A stretch of 20,000 bases of DNA from an uncultured virus (IMG/VR IMGVR_UViG_3300020578_000044). Lineage: Duplodnaviria; Heunggongvirae; Uroviricota; Caudoviricetes. The stretch lies in IMG/VR virus record IMGVR_UViG_3300020578_000044; one strand, written 5' to 3'. Below the pieces are notes generated by a model. That model was given only the letters and a program-made list of their open reading frames with translations. It was not told where the DNA came from and did no database searches. The position numbers and the translations under genes were made by a program. Shown one piece after another: positions 9,546-16,789 of the stretch. How positions within the stretch are numbered: position 1 is the first letter of the stretch; each line of letters opens with the position of its first letter.

Positions 9546-9764
9546 TCAGTAGTCGTAACCAGACTCCCAGCCCATTTCTTCGTACAATTCATTGCTGGAT
9601 ACATAGGAATTATACTGATCTAGAACAGCAAACTCTACATTAGCTATACCGCCAAACTGATTAATCCATTGGAAACAGTCCGGACAACGTACACTTAGCC
9701 CAATTAGTTCTTCGCTAATAATAAACTCCGAACCACAGTGTGGGCAATCCATATATGAACTCAT
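9546..9764 (-). CDS. Small acidic Zn-ribbon protein (CPHC...CPDC)
   Basis: Two CxxC motifs; AAGGA SD upstream. Confidence 0.8.
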   Translation of the reverse strand: MSSYMDCPHCGSEFIISEELIGLSVRCPDCFQWINQFGGIANVEFAVLDQYNSYVSSNELYEEMGWESGYDY

Positions 9765-9833
9765 ATTTTATCCTTTGCTTTGTTAGGCATTGAGTGAGTG
9801 ATGTTTGCCGGCGTCAATAACCGGACATGTAGA

Positions 9834-9862
9834 AATATAGCCATCCACAGCATTGCTTGCAA
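9834..9862 (-). promoter_or_regulatory. sigmaA-like promoter for the 9546-9764 gene
   Basis: Minus strand reads TTGCAA-17 nt-TATATT. Confidence 0.5.
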
Positions 9863-10183
9863 CACATATGCGAATAATATCCAAAAAATTTCTTGCGGGC
9901 GACTTTTACGATCAGAAACAACACTGATTTATATAAGATTATATAAGTTTAATAAGGGATAATATCAGGAAAAATTTATGGGGGGGAGATAATGAGTACA
10001 TGTTGTGGCTTCAGACTTTTAACGAGGCCACCCCCCCATGGGGTATGTGCTTGCTAGGAACGACAATGAGCGGTCGTCCACTCCCTACAGTGGTGCAGGT
10101 ATCCCGCATAAAAGGACAGCTCCGATGAACACGTTACCATCGTAAAAGAAATGTGTAGCCATGTTAATGAAAGGATCATCAAC

Positions 10184-10477
10184 ATGATAACATGCATCAA
10201 CGATGTCATCGGCAAGTATGCCGTTGACATGAACGGAAACACCCTTCCCTATCACAAGGAGGTGACCGGACTTTTTGTCGCCCACACGGGCACTGAAGTC
10301 TGGATCAAGTCTCCGAGTGGGGACAGCTCGGACGTGCTCATCTTCGGGCATGTACACGGCAACACCGGGTGGTTCGCCCGGGAGTTCGGTGGTCGCATGA
10401 TCACCGTCAGGAGCCAGCGCAAGTGGGACTACCAGAACCAAATGTGGTACTGGTACAACACAGTCCACGCTGCCTGA
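10184..10477 (+). CDS. Hypothetical protein, 97 aa (MITCINDVIGKYAVD...)
   Basis: Start moved from 10151 to ATG 10184, which follows GAAAGGA SD; GC3-rich codons. Confidence 0.75.
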   Translation: MITCINDVIGKYAVDMNGNTLPYHKEVTGLFVAHTGTEVWIKSPSGDSSDVLIFGHVHGNTGWFAREFGGRMITVRSQRKWDYQNQMWYWYNTVHAA

Positions 10478-10511
10478 CAAAGCACCTGGTAGGGCAGGTG
10501 CACAAAGAGTT

Positions 10512-10562
10512 GTTCCCCTGGGATCTTCGGATCCTGGGGGAACTTCTTTTTTGAGGATAGGC
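10512..10562 (+). repeat. Junction J1: hairpin + T-tract + TTGAGGATAGGC
   Basis: Stem 10512-10543 with TTCG loop; motif 10551-10562. Confidence 0.85.
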
Positions 10563-10602
10563 ATCCAGCCATGTCCACTGCACCAAAGAAAGGAGGTGTG
10601 CA

Positions 10603-10695
10603 ATGTTGCAGATTCCGATGTACATCATCGGGATCAGCGTCATCCTCTTTGCACAGGTCACGTTTTTCGTGGATCTGTTCAAGAAGAAGGACTGA
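10603..10695 (+). CDS. 30-aa membrane peptide (MLQIPMYIIGISVILFAQVTFFVDLFKKKD)
   Basis: Hand-translated; strong SD AAAGGAGGTG upstream; single hydrophobic helix plus basic tail; sole ORF between J1 and J2. Confidence 0.7.
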   Translation: MLQIPMYIIGISVILFAQVTFFVDLFKKKD

Positions 10696-10767
10696 TCTGA
10701 AACTGCCACGACACGGGTGGCCAAGCAGTAGTGACGCTTGGGAACAGAATAATCACTAAAAGAAATT

Positions 10768-10803
10768 GGTTCCTTCGGGAATCTTTTTCTTTGAGGATAG
10801 GCC
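10768..10803 (+). repeat. Junction J2: hairpin + T-tract + TTGAGGATAGGCC
   Basis: GGTTCC-TTCG-GGAATC stem; motif 10791-10803; 10777-10812 is identical to 11850-11885. Confidence 0.85.
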
Positions 10804-10889
10804 ATTCTCCTCATCTGGCTGCCGGAAGTTAGGCATAAGACCAGCGTCCCTTGTCAGGATGTAAGTGCACCCAGCGTGCCTAAAAGACT

Positions 10890-10925
10890 ACGTAATAATC
10901 ACGTCCGGTACGTTAAGCCGAGACA
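10890..10925 (+). ncRNA. Candidate structured leader element, copy A (core CGGTACGTTAAGCCG)
   Basis: 15-nt core at 10906-10920 is identical in four leaders; upstream ACGTA is complementary to the loop. Confidence 0.5.
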
Positions 10926-10947
10926 CTTTCAGATTCAGGAGGAATCA

Positions 10948-11253
10948 ATGGGAGTAAAACTTCCTAGGTGCATCCGTGCGCGTCGGATCGGGCATTGGAG
11001 CTATGGCTCCGACACCTTTTTCGACGCGAACGGGAACAAGGCGCCGGTGACCTGGACCTGCAACTGCGGGTCCAGGATCACCCTGGAGGTATACGACTGC
11101 CAGACCGGCGAGTACACCGACACCCCCAAGGAACTGCTGCAGGCGTTCCTGGCAGAGCACACGGCTTGTGTGGCCATGTGCTACAACTGCCGAAAGGTGG
11201 AGGTGGAGCGCCAGGGATACTGGTGCAACGAGTGCGAGGCCGAGCACTACTGA
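10948..11253 (+). CDS. Cys-rich putative Zn-binding protein, 101 aa (MGVKLPRC...)
   Basis: Start reassigned to ATG 10948 after AGGAGG; CNC, CYNC and CNEC motifs. Confidence 0.8.
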   Translation: MGVKLPRCIRARRIGHWSYGSDTFFDANGNKAPVTWTCNCGSRITLEVYDCQTGEYTDTPKELLQAFLAEHTACVAMCYNCRKVEVERQGYWCNECEAEHY

Positions 11254-11257
11254 CATC

Positions 11258-11343
11258 CAGGCTGATGAGCCCAGCCTGAAGAAAAGAGGAGTTCTCTCCT
11301 ACGCATCCAGCGTAGGGGGAACTTCTTCTTTTGACAATAGACC
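11258..11343 (+). repeat. Trailer family T1 + junction J3 (TTGACAATAGACC)
   Basis: ATGAGCC-loop hairpin 11258-11278 and terminator-like stem 11291-11322; near-identical to 12611-12694. Confidence 0.85.
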
Positions 11344-11377
11344 TGCGAACAGCAAGTAACAGGTCGGAAAGGAAGCC

Positions 11378-11818
11378 ATGAACGTCAATGCCATGAACCT
11401 TATCACCAAATACACAGGAGCCATCTCCATTGTTTGGGATGGTGAAGCGATTACTCAGGTAACCCTGGGTATCGGTACCAAGCACCAGAGGACGGTCTCC
11501 AGGTCGTACCTGGAGGACGGTCAAATCATCTTCTCACGGGAAGATGCCCCTTCCGGGACCATCTGGCCCTTGAGCAGGCAAGAGCTGGAGGAGATCGCCC
11601 TCATGGGTGGCGTCGTGATGCTCCATGCCGATGACCTGTATCGGCTCGTTGTCCTCCCTGAGTGGTGGACGGTGGAGTGCGAAATGGCCATTGAGGGTGA
11701 ATGCCCTGAGTGGCCATTAGCAGAAGAAGAGTCCCCCAAGTCCCTTGGGGAAGTAATGCTTGAAATGATCCAGAGGATCATTGAGGAGGCAGACGATCCA
11801 GATCAATGGGACAAGTAA
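11378..11818 (+). CDS. Acidic hypothetical protein, 146 aa
   Basis: GGAAAGGA SD; fills the unit between J3 and J4. Confidence 0.8.
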   Translation: MNVNAMNLITKYTGAISIVWDGEAITQVTLGIGTKHQRTVSRSYLEDGQIIFSREDAPSGTIWPLSRQELEEIALMGGVVMLHADDLYRLVVLPEWWTVECEMAIEGECPEWPLAEEESPKSLGEVMLEMIQRIIEEADDPDQWDK

Positions 11819-11826
11819 TGCTGAAA

Positions 11827-11876
11827 CCCCGGGGGTCGAAAGGTCCTCGGGGAATCTTTTTCTTTGAGGATAGGCC
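11827..11876 (+). repeat. Junction J4: CCCCGGGGGTC-GAAA-GGTCCTCGGGG hairpin + TTGAGGATAGGCC
   Basis: Motif at 11864-11876. Confidence 0.85.
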
Positions 11877-11885
11877 ATTCTCCTC

Positions 11886-12012
11886 TACGCAGAGCCTGAG
11901 CGTATAATAAATCATGGGTGACGCAGCAGGAGCTAAATGCCTGACAGGTTATCTTACCTTGACAAAAGAGAAACGTAATCATCATGTTCGGTACGTTAAG
12001 CCGGACAACAAA
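11886..12012 (+). ncRNA. Candidate structured leader RNA, copy B
   Basis: 11907-12012 matches 13535-13640 at 105/106 positions; core CGGTACGTTAAGCCG at 11989-12003; 5' hairpin TACGC/GCGTA. Confidence 0.55.
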
Positions 12013-12027
12013 TGATTCGGAGGAATC

Positions 12028-12603
12028 ATGAACGAGTTCTTGTTCAAGGTCTTCGTGGTCTTTCTGACCACGCAGACCAACCTAGCACGGGCCCCCTGGG
12101 CCAAGTGGCTAGGCCACTGCTGGGGGGAGACCACCCAGCACATCGTATACTACTTCGTCACGGGCAAGCACATGTGCTGCCCCTGGCGGGAAGTCCCACC
12201 GGTCGCATGTGGGCATGCGCCCACCTGCGACGAGTATTACTACCAGGCGCTGGACCTGGAGGTGGCCATGGAGGCCGCTTTCAAGTCCGGTGCCCTAGAA
12301 GAGTACACCTACGACAGCCTGATGGCTGCTCTAAGTGACCAGTACCTGGTGCTGAAATGCGCCAAGTTCTGGTTGGACAAACAGGGCACCATCGCCGGTT
12401 TTCCGGCCATGGCCGCCCTGAACGAATTTTTGGAGGATAACAACATGATCCTCCGGGATAATGGCGGACTGATGTCGGGTGCCCCCCAGCATCAGTACGC
12501 CAAGAAGACATTGGTCTTCTCCTCGGACAAGGCGTTCGAGGAGGAGGCCAAGCTGTGGCTGAAGATCCACAGCGCGCAACTTAGGGGCTTCAACAACAGC
12601 TGA
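12028..12603 (+). CDS. Hypothetical protein, 191 aa
   Basis: GGAGGA SD; GC3-rich; bounded by leader and trailer. Confidence 0.85.
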   Translation: MNEFLFKVFVVFLTTQTNLARAPWAKWLGHCWGETTQHIVYYFVTGKHMCCPWREVPPVACGHAPTCDEYYYQALDLEVAMEAAFKSGALEEYTYDSLMAALSDQYLVLKCAKFWLDKQGTIAGFPAMAALNEFLEDNNMILRDNGGLMSGAPQHQYAKKTLVFSSDKAFEEEAKLWLKIHSAQLRGFNNS

Positions 12604-12610
12604 CCCAGAA

Positions 12611-12694
12611 AGGCTGATGAGCCCAGCCTGAAGAAGAGAGGAGTTCTCTCCTACGCAACCAGCGTAGGGGGAACTTCTTCTTTTGACAATAGAC
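12611..12694 (+). repeat. Trailer family T1 copy 2 + junction J5 (TTGACAATAGAC)
   Basis: Direct repeat of 11259-11342 with few mismatches; stem 12643-12674. Confidence 0.85.
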
Positions 12695-12729
12695 TTCTGA
12701 AACCAAAGTAAGAGGTCGGAAAGGTGACC

Positions 12730-13050
12730 ATGTTGGTCAATCTCACCCCCCACCAGATCACTCTGGTGGATGACCTGGGTAACATTATCCAGGTTGTTGA
12801 GCCGGAGGCAACTTCGGCTCGGTGCTCCTCGGAGCGCCAATTCGCCTTCGAGGCGGACAGCATCCGGGTCAACCGGACTATGTTCGGAGAGGTTTCAGGC
12901 CTCCCGGACGAGGTAAACGGGACGTGGTACATCGTGTCACGTATCGTTGCCGAAGCGTCGGGCCGGTCGGACCTGATCATCCCGGATGAAACAGTTCGGA
13001 ATGCCGAAGGACAGATTATCGGCTGCAAGTCGTTCGCGACTTTGGGCTGA
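12730..13050 (+). CDS. Small NLTPH-motif protein, 106 aa (possible Crn4-like ring nuclease)
   Basis: ATG 12730 after GGAAAGG. Motifs NLTPH, GLP, YIVSR, RxDL..P and VRN..GQIIGC. The family link is from recollection and unverified. Confidence 0.8.
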   Translation: MLVNLTPHQITLVDDLGNIIQVVEPEATSARCSSERQFAFEADSIRVNRTMFGEVSGLPDEVNGTWYIVSRIVAEASGRSDLIIPDETVRNAEGQIIGCKSFATLG

Positions 13051-13088
13051 TCTGATGTCAAACAACAATTCACCGAAAGGAGGTGAAC

Positions 13089-13361
13089 ATGAAGAAGCAT
13101 CCAAAGCGGGTGTACGTCTTTAGGCGTGCGCTCGTTCTGGTCCTGGCAGTTTTCTTTGCTGCAGCGGCCTACGGAATGTACGAAGAGCTTACGGGCCCTT
13201 CGTACGAGTGCGAGCAAGCACCCGTGGTCGTTGGGCAGGGAGACACTCTCTGGAGGATCGCTGAAAAGCGATGCGACGGAGATTTGCTGGAGGTCCGGTA
13301 CAAGCTGGTGAAGTCCTACGGGACTAATATCCGGCCTGGACAGGTCATTCAGCTGCCCTGA
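13089..13361 (+). CDS. Membrane-anchored LysM protein (YneA/ChiZ-like), paralog 1
   Basis: SD AAAGGAGGTG; basic N-terminus (RVYVFRR), TM helix, LysM signature VVVGQGDTLWRIA...IRPGQVIQLP. Confidence 0.88.
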   Translation: MKKHPKRVYVFRRALVLVLAVFFAAAAYGMYEELTGPSYECEQAPVVVGQGDTLWRIAEKRCDGDLLEVRYKLVKSYGTNIRPGQVIQLP

Positions 13362-13372
13362 GACCAGAGCCT

Positions 13373-13504
13373 ACTGTGCACCTACAGACAACGATGATCT
13401 GTAGGGTGTAGCGGGGTTTTGCACCCTGGGAACAGAAGCGGGGGGGTCGGCAGTGGGCCGGCTCCCTGTTCTGTTTGAGGAAATCTCTTTTTTGAGGATA
13501 GACC
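13373..13504 (+). repeat. Trailer family T3 (132 bp) + junction J6 (TTGAGGATAGACC)
   Basis: Near-identical to 18650-18781; two hairpins; identity ends exactly at GATAGACC. Confidence 0.9.
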
Positions 13505-13512
13505 ATTGTCCT

Positions 13513-13640
13513 TAGCGCAGAACCTGAGCGCTATATAAATCATGGGTGACGCAGCAGGAGCTAAATGCCTGACAGGTTATCTTACCTTGACAAAAGAGAA
13601 ACGTAATCATTATGTTCGGTACGTTAAGCCGGACAACAAA
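13513..13640 (+). ncRNA. Candidate structured leader RNA, copy C
   Basis: Repeat of copy B; 5' stem TAGCGC/GCGCTA covaries with TACGC/GCGTA around an AGARCCTGA loop; core at 13617-13631. Confidence 0.55.
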
Positions 13641-13656
13641 CGTTCACGGAGGAATC

Positions 13657-13923
13657 ATGAACGTAAACAAGAACAAGATCACCCTCGTGGTGACAGCAAT
13701 CATCTGTGTGCTCCTCGTTCTGGAGCCCACCAGTGAGCTGACGGTGGGGATCATCTCCCTGCCGATCAAGGCCTTCTTCACGATCCTGGGCTTCGGCTTC
13801 GGCCTCGTGAACTGGCCCATGCTCACAGTCGTTGTGATTGGAGCGGGAATCGCCTTCGTGGCGAAAACCCGTACGGTCGATTGGACCGTCGTTAAGAGCT
13901 TCTTCCGCTCGGAAGAAAGCTGA
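13657..13923 (+). CDS. Small integral membrane protein, 88 aa (MNVNKNKITLVV...)
   Basis: Start reassigned to ATG 13657 after GGAGGA; 2-3 hydrophobic segments. Confidence 0.8.
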   Translation: MNVNKNKITLVVTAIICVLLVLEPTSELTVGIISLPIKAFFTILGFGFGLVNWPMLTVVVIGAGIAFVAKTRTVDWTVVKSFFRSEES

Positions 13924-13963
13924 CTATACCTGGTGATGAGTCCACCAGATGAGCAATGGGATT

Positions 13964-14046
13964 GTTTTCCCCGGGGATCGAAAGGTCCTCGGGGAAACTT
14001 TCTTTTTTACCAATAGGCCCCCGAACAACCGAAGGGGTCGGAAAGA
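13964..14046 (+). repeat. Junction J7 (TTACCAATAGGCC) with hairpin and leader
   Basis: Stem 13964-13998; 13991-14046 is identical to 14332-14387 (56 bp). Confidence 0.85.
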
Positions 14047-14056
14047 GAGGAAGGTA

Positions 14057-14239
14057 ATGAACATCAAGGGCGTGGAGGTCCTCTCGTACGAGGAGTACGA
14101 GGGTATGCTCCATAAGGTGGTGACACGATACAAGGTCGTGGGCACGACCTTCGGGTTCAACCGCTTTCAGGCGGGCCCCTTCCAGACGAAGGGAGAGGCA
14201 GAGAAGTTCGCAGCTCTTCTGACTCTTCTGAGGGGCTGA
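14057..14239 (+). CDS. Hypothetical protein, 60 aa (MNIKGVEVLSYEE...)
   Basis: Start reassigned to ATG 14057 after GAGGAAGG; the upstream extension in the ORF track crosses the repeat. Confidence 0.75.
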   Translation: MNIKGVEVLSYEEYEGMLHKVVTRYKVVGTTFGFNRFQAGPFQTKGEAEKFAALLTLLRG

Positions 14240-14302
14240 CGAACTTTGTGGGGCACCGTCTTACCCGGCGCATCTGCTTAGACGGGTCATAGGGCAAGGA
14301 TA

Positions 14303-14387
14303 GTTTTCCCCCGGGGTCTTAACGGACCCTGGGGGAAACTTTCTTTTTTACCAATAGGCCCCCGAACAACCGAAGGGGTCGGAAAGA
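14303..14387 (+). repeat. Junction J8 (TTACCAATAGGCC) with hairpin and leader
   Basis: Stem 14303-14339; motif 14348-14360. Confidence 0.85.
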
Positions 14388-14401
14388 AAGGAGAAATCCG
14401 C

Positions 14402-14779
14402 ATGAAAGTTGTAACATGGTTGTCGTCCACGATGGACCCAACCAAGGGAGTAGCTCCCGGTAAGTGCGTATTCACCGGTGAGTACCCAGGGGTGTTTTGT
14501 GTCCCCTTCGTAGAAGATGGGACGCCTGGAAAGGCACTCAATGATTTCTGGCACTCACCCCGGTATGCCAGAGATCTTCAAGTGATCCTTGAAGTTCCAG
14601 TGGAAAATCTCTTCTTCCGGCTCATGGGCCAAGAGAAGCCACTTCCGATTTACAAGGACGGACGAGTGGCCATCAATCTCATCATCAATAAGTGTTTTGA
14701 TGATGATAATGCAATAATCATCAAGAACTTCGATCCTGCGTGGATCGTTTCTATCAGAAAGGAAGAAAACAATGGATAA
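14402..14779 (+). CDS. Hypothetical protein, 125 aa
   Basis: AAAGGAG SD; overlaps the start of the next gene. Confidence 0.8.
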   Translation: MKVVTWLSSTMDPTKGVAPGKCVFTGEYPGVFCVPFVEDGTPGKALNDFWHSPRYARDLQVILEVPVENLFFRLMGQEKPLPIYKDGRVAINLIINKCFDDDNAIIIKNFDPAWIVSIRKEENNG

Positions 14780-16256
14780 CTACTCAGAGGGATGGAAGGC
14801 CCTCAAGGAGTTTGAGCAGAAGTTCTGCTCTGTCATGGCCTCCGAGGTCGAAATGTCGATCCGGGAGGGAGATTCTGAGGTAGTTGGCTCAGAATTGGTT
14901 TACAACCACTCCTACATGCCCATCCCCCAATACAGGAACGGAAGGGTGAGGGCCAACTTTGAGATGGGTGATAAACTTCACCTGGTCCACCAGAGGCTGG
15001 AAACGCCCGGAAAGGGCAGGGTCAAGTGGGCTCTGCGAAGCTTCCACAGTATCCTCGAATGCGAGGATGGGCGCTACATGCCCAAGAGTCGGTACCTGAA
15101 GGAAGTCAAATTCGCAGTCAATCCAACAGAGGATGGCTACCGATTTCAGATCCTGAAGACACAGGGTGGCAAAACTCGCGTTTACTGGGGGTATAACACC
15201 ATTCATTCAGGACTCCTGCAAGAATTTGTCCATATCTCACTGCGAACAGCGGCAACGAAACTCATTGGTCAATATATGGATCCGCAAAGGATTCATGCAG
15301 TGTTGCAGTGGTTTTCCTACGAACAAACAAAGTATCCCGAGTACTTTGCTAGTGACAACCCTGCGAGTCGTCAATCGCAAGAATTGCAACTTGGCGGACC
15401 GGGATGGTCCCGTATCCTGACCGGTAAGACCGGCGCAAAGGACATCCTGAACGGGATCTATGACCCCAAGGGTATCAGAAGGATTCCTAAGAATGCCTTC
15501 GGTGGCGTCGGGGAAATCAGGACTTTGGACCGTTTAGCCAAAGCGGTTTTCATGACTCGTGCGCTGCGCAGTCTTGATCCGCACACCTTTGGCGAAGTTA
15601 GTAGTGTATGGCCAGACAGACCGATAAATTATAAGTATGAGGGATCATTTGAGAAGGCCGACAAGATTGATTGGCTTGTCAATAAACTTCCGAAACTCAT
15701 TTCTGTAAAGAACATTCAGGAATGTCAGACTCCATATACATACATGGAAGACACAGTCAGGATGCTCAAGCAAATGCCACGAACACTGCGTTCTGCATGT
15801 TTGACTGAGATCCGCAGAAATGCAGCTAGAGGCATTGAATGGGCACACGACTTTGTCGCAACTGAACATGCAAAAGTTGGGAAAGAGAACAAGGACATCA
15901 ATGTCAGTGCACTCAGTAAGTTTGAGGGAACTGTCAATGATGACATTGCGTGTGTAGTTCCCAAGTGCACTCACGATTTGGTTCAGTGGGGCGCTGAGTA
16001 CAACATTTGCATTGGCTCATATGCAGATGAAGTTTACAATGGCAGTACTTACTGCATGGGGTTCCAGAATCCCCAGACTAAGACCTTTTATGGTTTTGCA
16101 CAGGTCAACCCGTGGGACGGACATCTTCTCCAGCTATTGGGTAAGCACAACAACCATCTTCCTGATGTGGAGAGGCTTGCAATTGAGCGTTACCTGGTAA
16201 CGCTTGGTGTCAATGTTGATAATTACTGGGGCAAGCCCCTTGTTGCACTTAACTAA
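14772..16256 (+). CDS. PcfJ-like domain protein, paralog 1 (494 aa)
   Basis: C-terminal VVPK.THDL.QWG.EYNICIGSYAD.V..G...QLLGK.N resembles the PcfJ-like signature (L..EG..M.HCVGSY...Q..G..N); clear paralog of 16871-18310. Confidence 0.8.
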   Translation: MDNYSEGWKALKEFEQKFCSVMASEVEMSIREGDSEVVGSELVYNHSYMPIPQYRNGRVRANFEMGDKLHLVHQRLETPGKGRVKWALRSFHSILECEDGRYMPKSRYLKEVKFAVNPTEDGYRFQILKTQGGKTRVYWGYNTIHSGLLQEFVHISLRTAATKLIGQYMDPQRIHAVLQWFSYEQTKYPEYFASDNPASRQSQELQLGGPGWSRILTGKTGAKDILNGIYDPKGIRRIPKNAFGGVGEIRTLDRLAKAVFMTRALRSLDPHTFGEVSSVWPDRPINYKYEGSFEKADKIDWLVNKLPKLISVKNIQECQTPYTYMEDTVRMLKQMPRTLRSACLTEIRRNAARGIEWAHDFVATEHAKVGKENKDINVSALSKFEGTVNDDIACVVPKCTHDLVQWGAEYNICIGSYADEVYNGSTYCMGFQNPQTKTFYGFAQVNPWDGHLLQLLGKHNNHLPDVERLAIERYLVTLGVNVDNYWGKPLVALN

Positions 16257-16264
16257 GTCTGGCA

Positions 16265-16316
16265 GCCCCTACCCCTTAACTGGGGAGGCATAGTGGTTCG
16301 ATTCCACATAGGGGCA
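16265..16316 (+). ncRNA. 52-nt tRNA-like element (acceptor stem + T-arm, no canonical anticodon arm)
   Basis: GCCCCTA(16265-71)/TAGGGGC(16309-15) + discriminator A; GTGG-TTCGATT-CCAC T-arm; one CCCC-TTAACT-GGGG hairpin. Confidence 0.6.
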
Positions 16317-16357
16317 CTGTTCGCAATCCCGCGGACTATAACATGATTGGAGAAATC

Positions 16358-16693
16358 ATGAAGAAGAAAGTTGAGTGGTGCGGATGCATGGACGTCCGTT
16401 CACCGAAAGAAGGGTTCAAGGACATCTTCTCGAAAGAGTTGGTGGACGGGAAACCACGAGGTGAACTTTGGGAGCTGATGGAAGTGAAGAGTTGGGAAGA
16501 GTTCAAGGATGAACTCTCCGACATTTCCTGGGGAATTGGCCGAATCATTGGCGGATTCCGTGGCAAGGCGTACGTGCGTGTGCCTGGGGATCGAATTCAC
16601 TACGAGAAGGTTGTGAACCGAATTGAGGATTATGGCTGCATCCGCAGCAAGAGGTTCTTGATTGACGGACACTGCCCGAACGAGGGTAAGTAA
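16358..16693 (+). CDS. Hypothetical protein, ~111 aa
   Basis: ATG 16358 after GGAGA (alternative start 16343); followed by hairpin 16706-16731. Confidence 0.8.
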   Translation: MKKKVEWCGCMDVRSPKEGFKDIFSKELVDGKPRGELWELMEVKSWEEFKDELSDISWGIGRIIGGFRGKAYVRVPGDRIHYEKVVNRIEDYGCIRSKRFLIDGHCPNEGK

Positions 16694-16789
16694 AGAAAGA
16701 AAGGTGGCCCCGGGGAATTCGCCTCGGGGCCTTTGACTGAAAGGAGAACAGTAAGACGAACTACCGTACTGATCAGAAAAAAGGGGTCT

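Noticed and set aside
10876..10947. Apparent shared peptide 'RNH.VRYVKP' at ORF starts (10876, 13542)
   Set aside because: Artefact of translating the conserved non-coding CGGTACGTTAAGCCG leader; true starts follow the SD downstream.
11258..11290. Hammerhead ribozyme (CTGATGAG...GAAA), also at 12611-12640
   Set aside because: CTG is part of a simple stem and no stem II/GAAA/stem III arrangement can be built; the third copy reads GTGATGAG.
11331..11362. TTGACA as sigma70 -35 box (also 12683)
   Set aside because: No TANNNT at 16-18 nt spacing (AAGTAA); TTGACA is just one variant of the variable junction motif.
11989..12003. Twister ribozyme
   Set aside because: Only the P4-like hairpin resembles twister; I could not place the UAA cleavage junction, P1/P2 or T1 partner in all four copies.
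16265..16316. Functional canonical tRNA gene
   Set aside because: Too short (52 nt); only one arm between acceptor and T stems, and no 7-nt anticodon loop.
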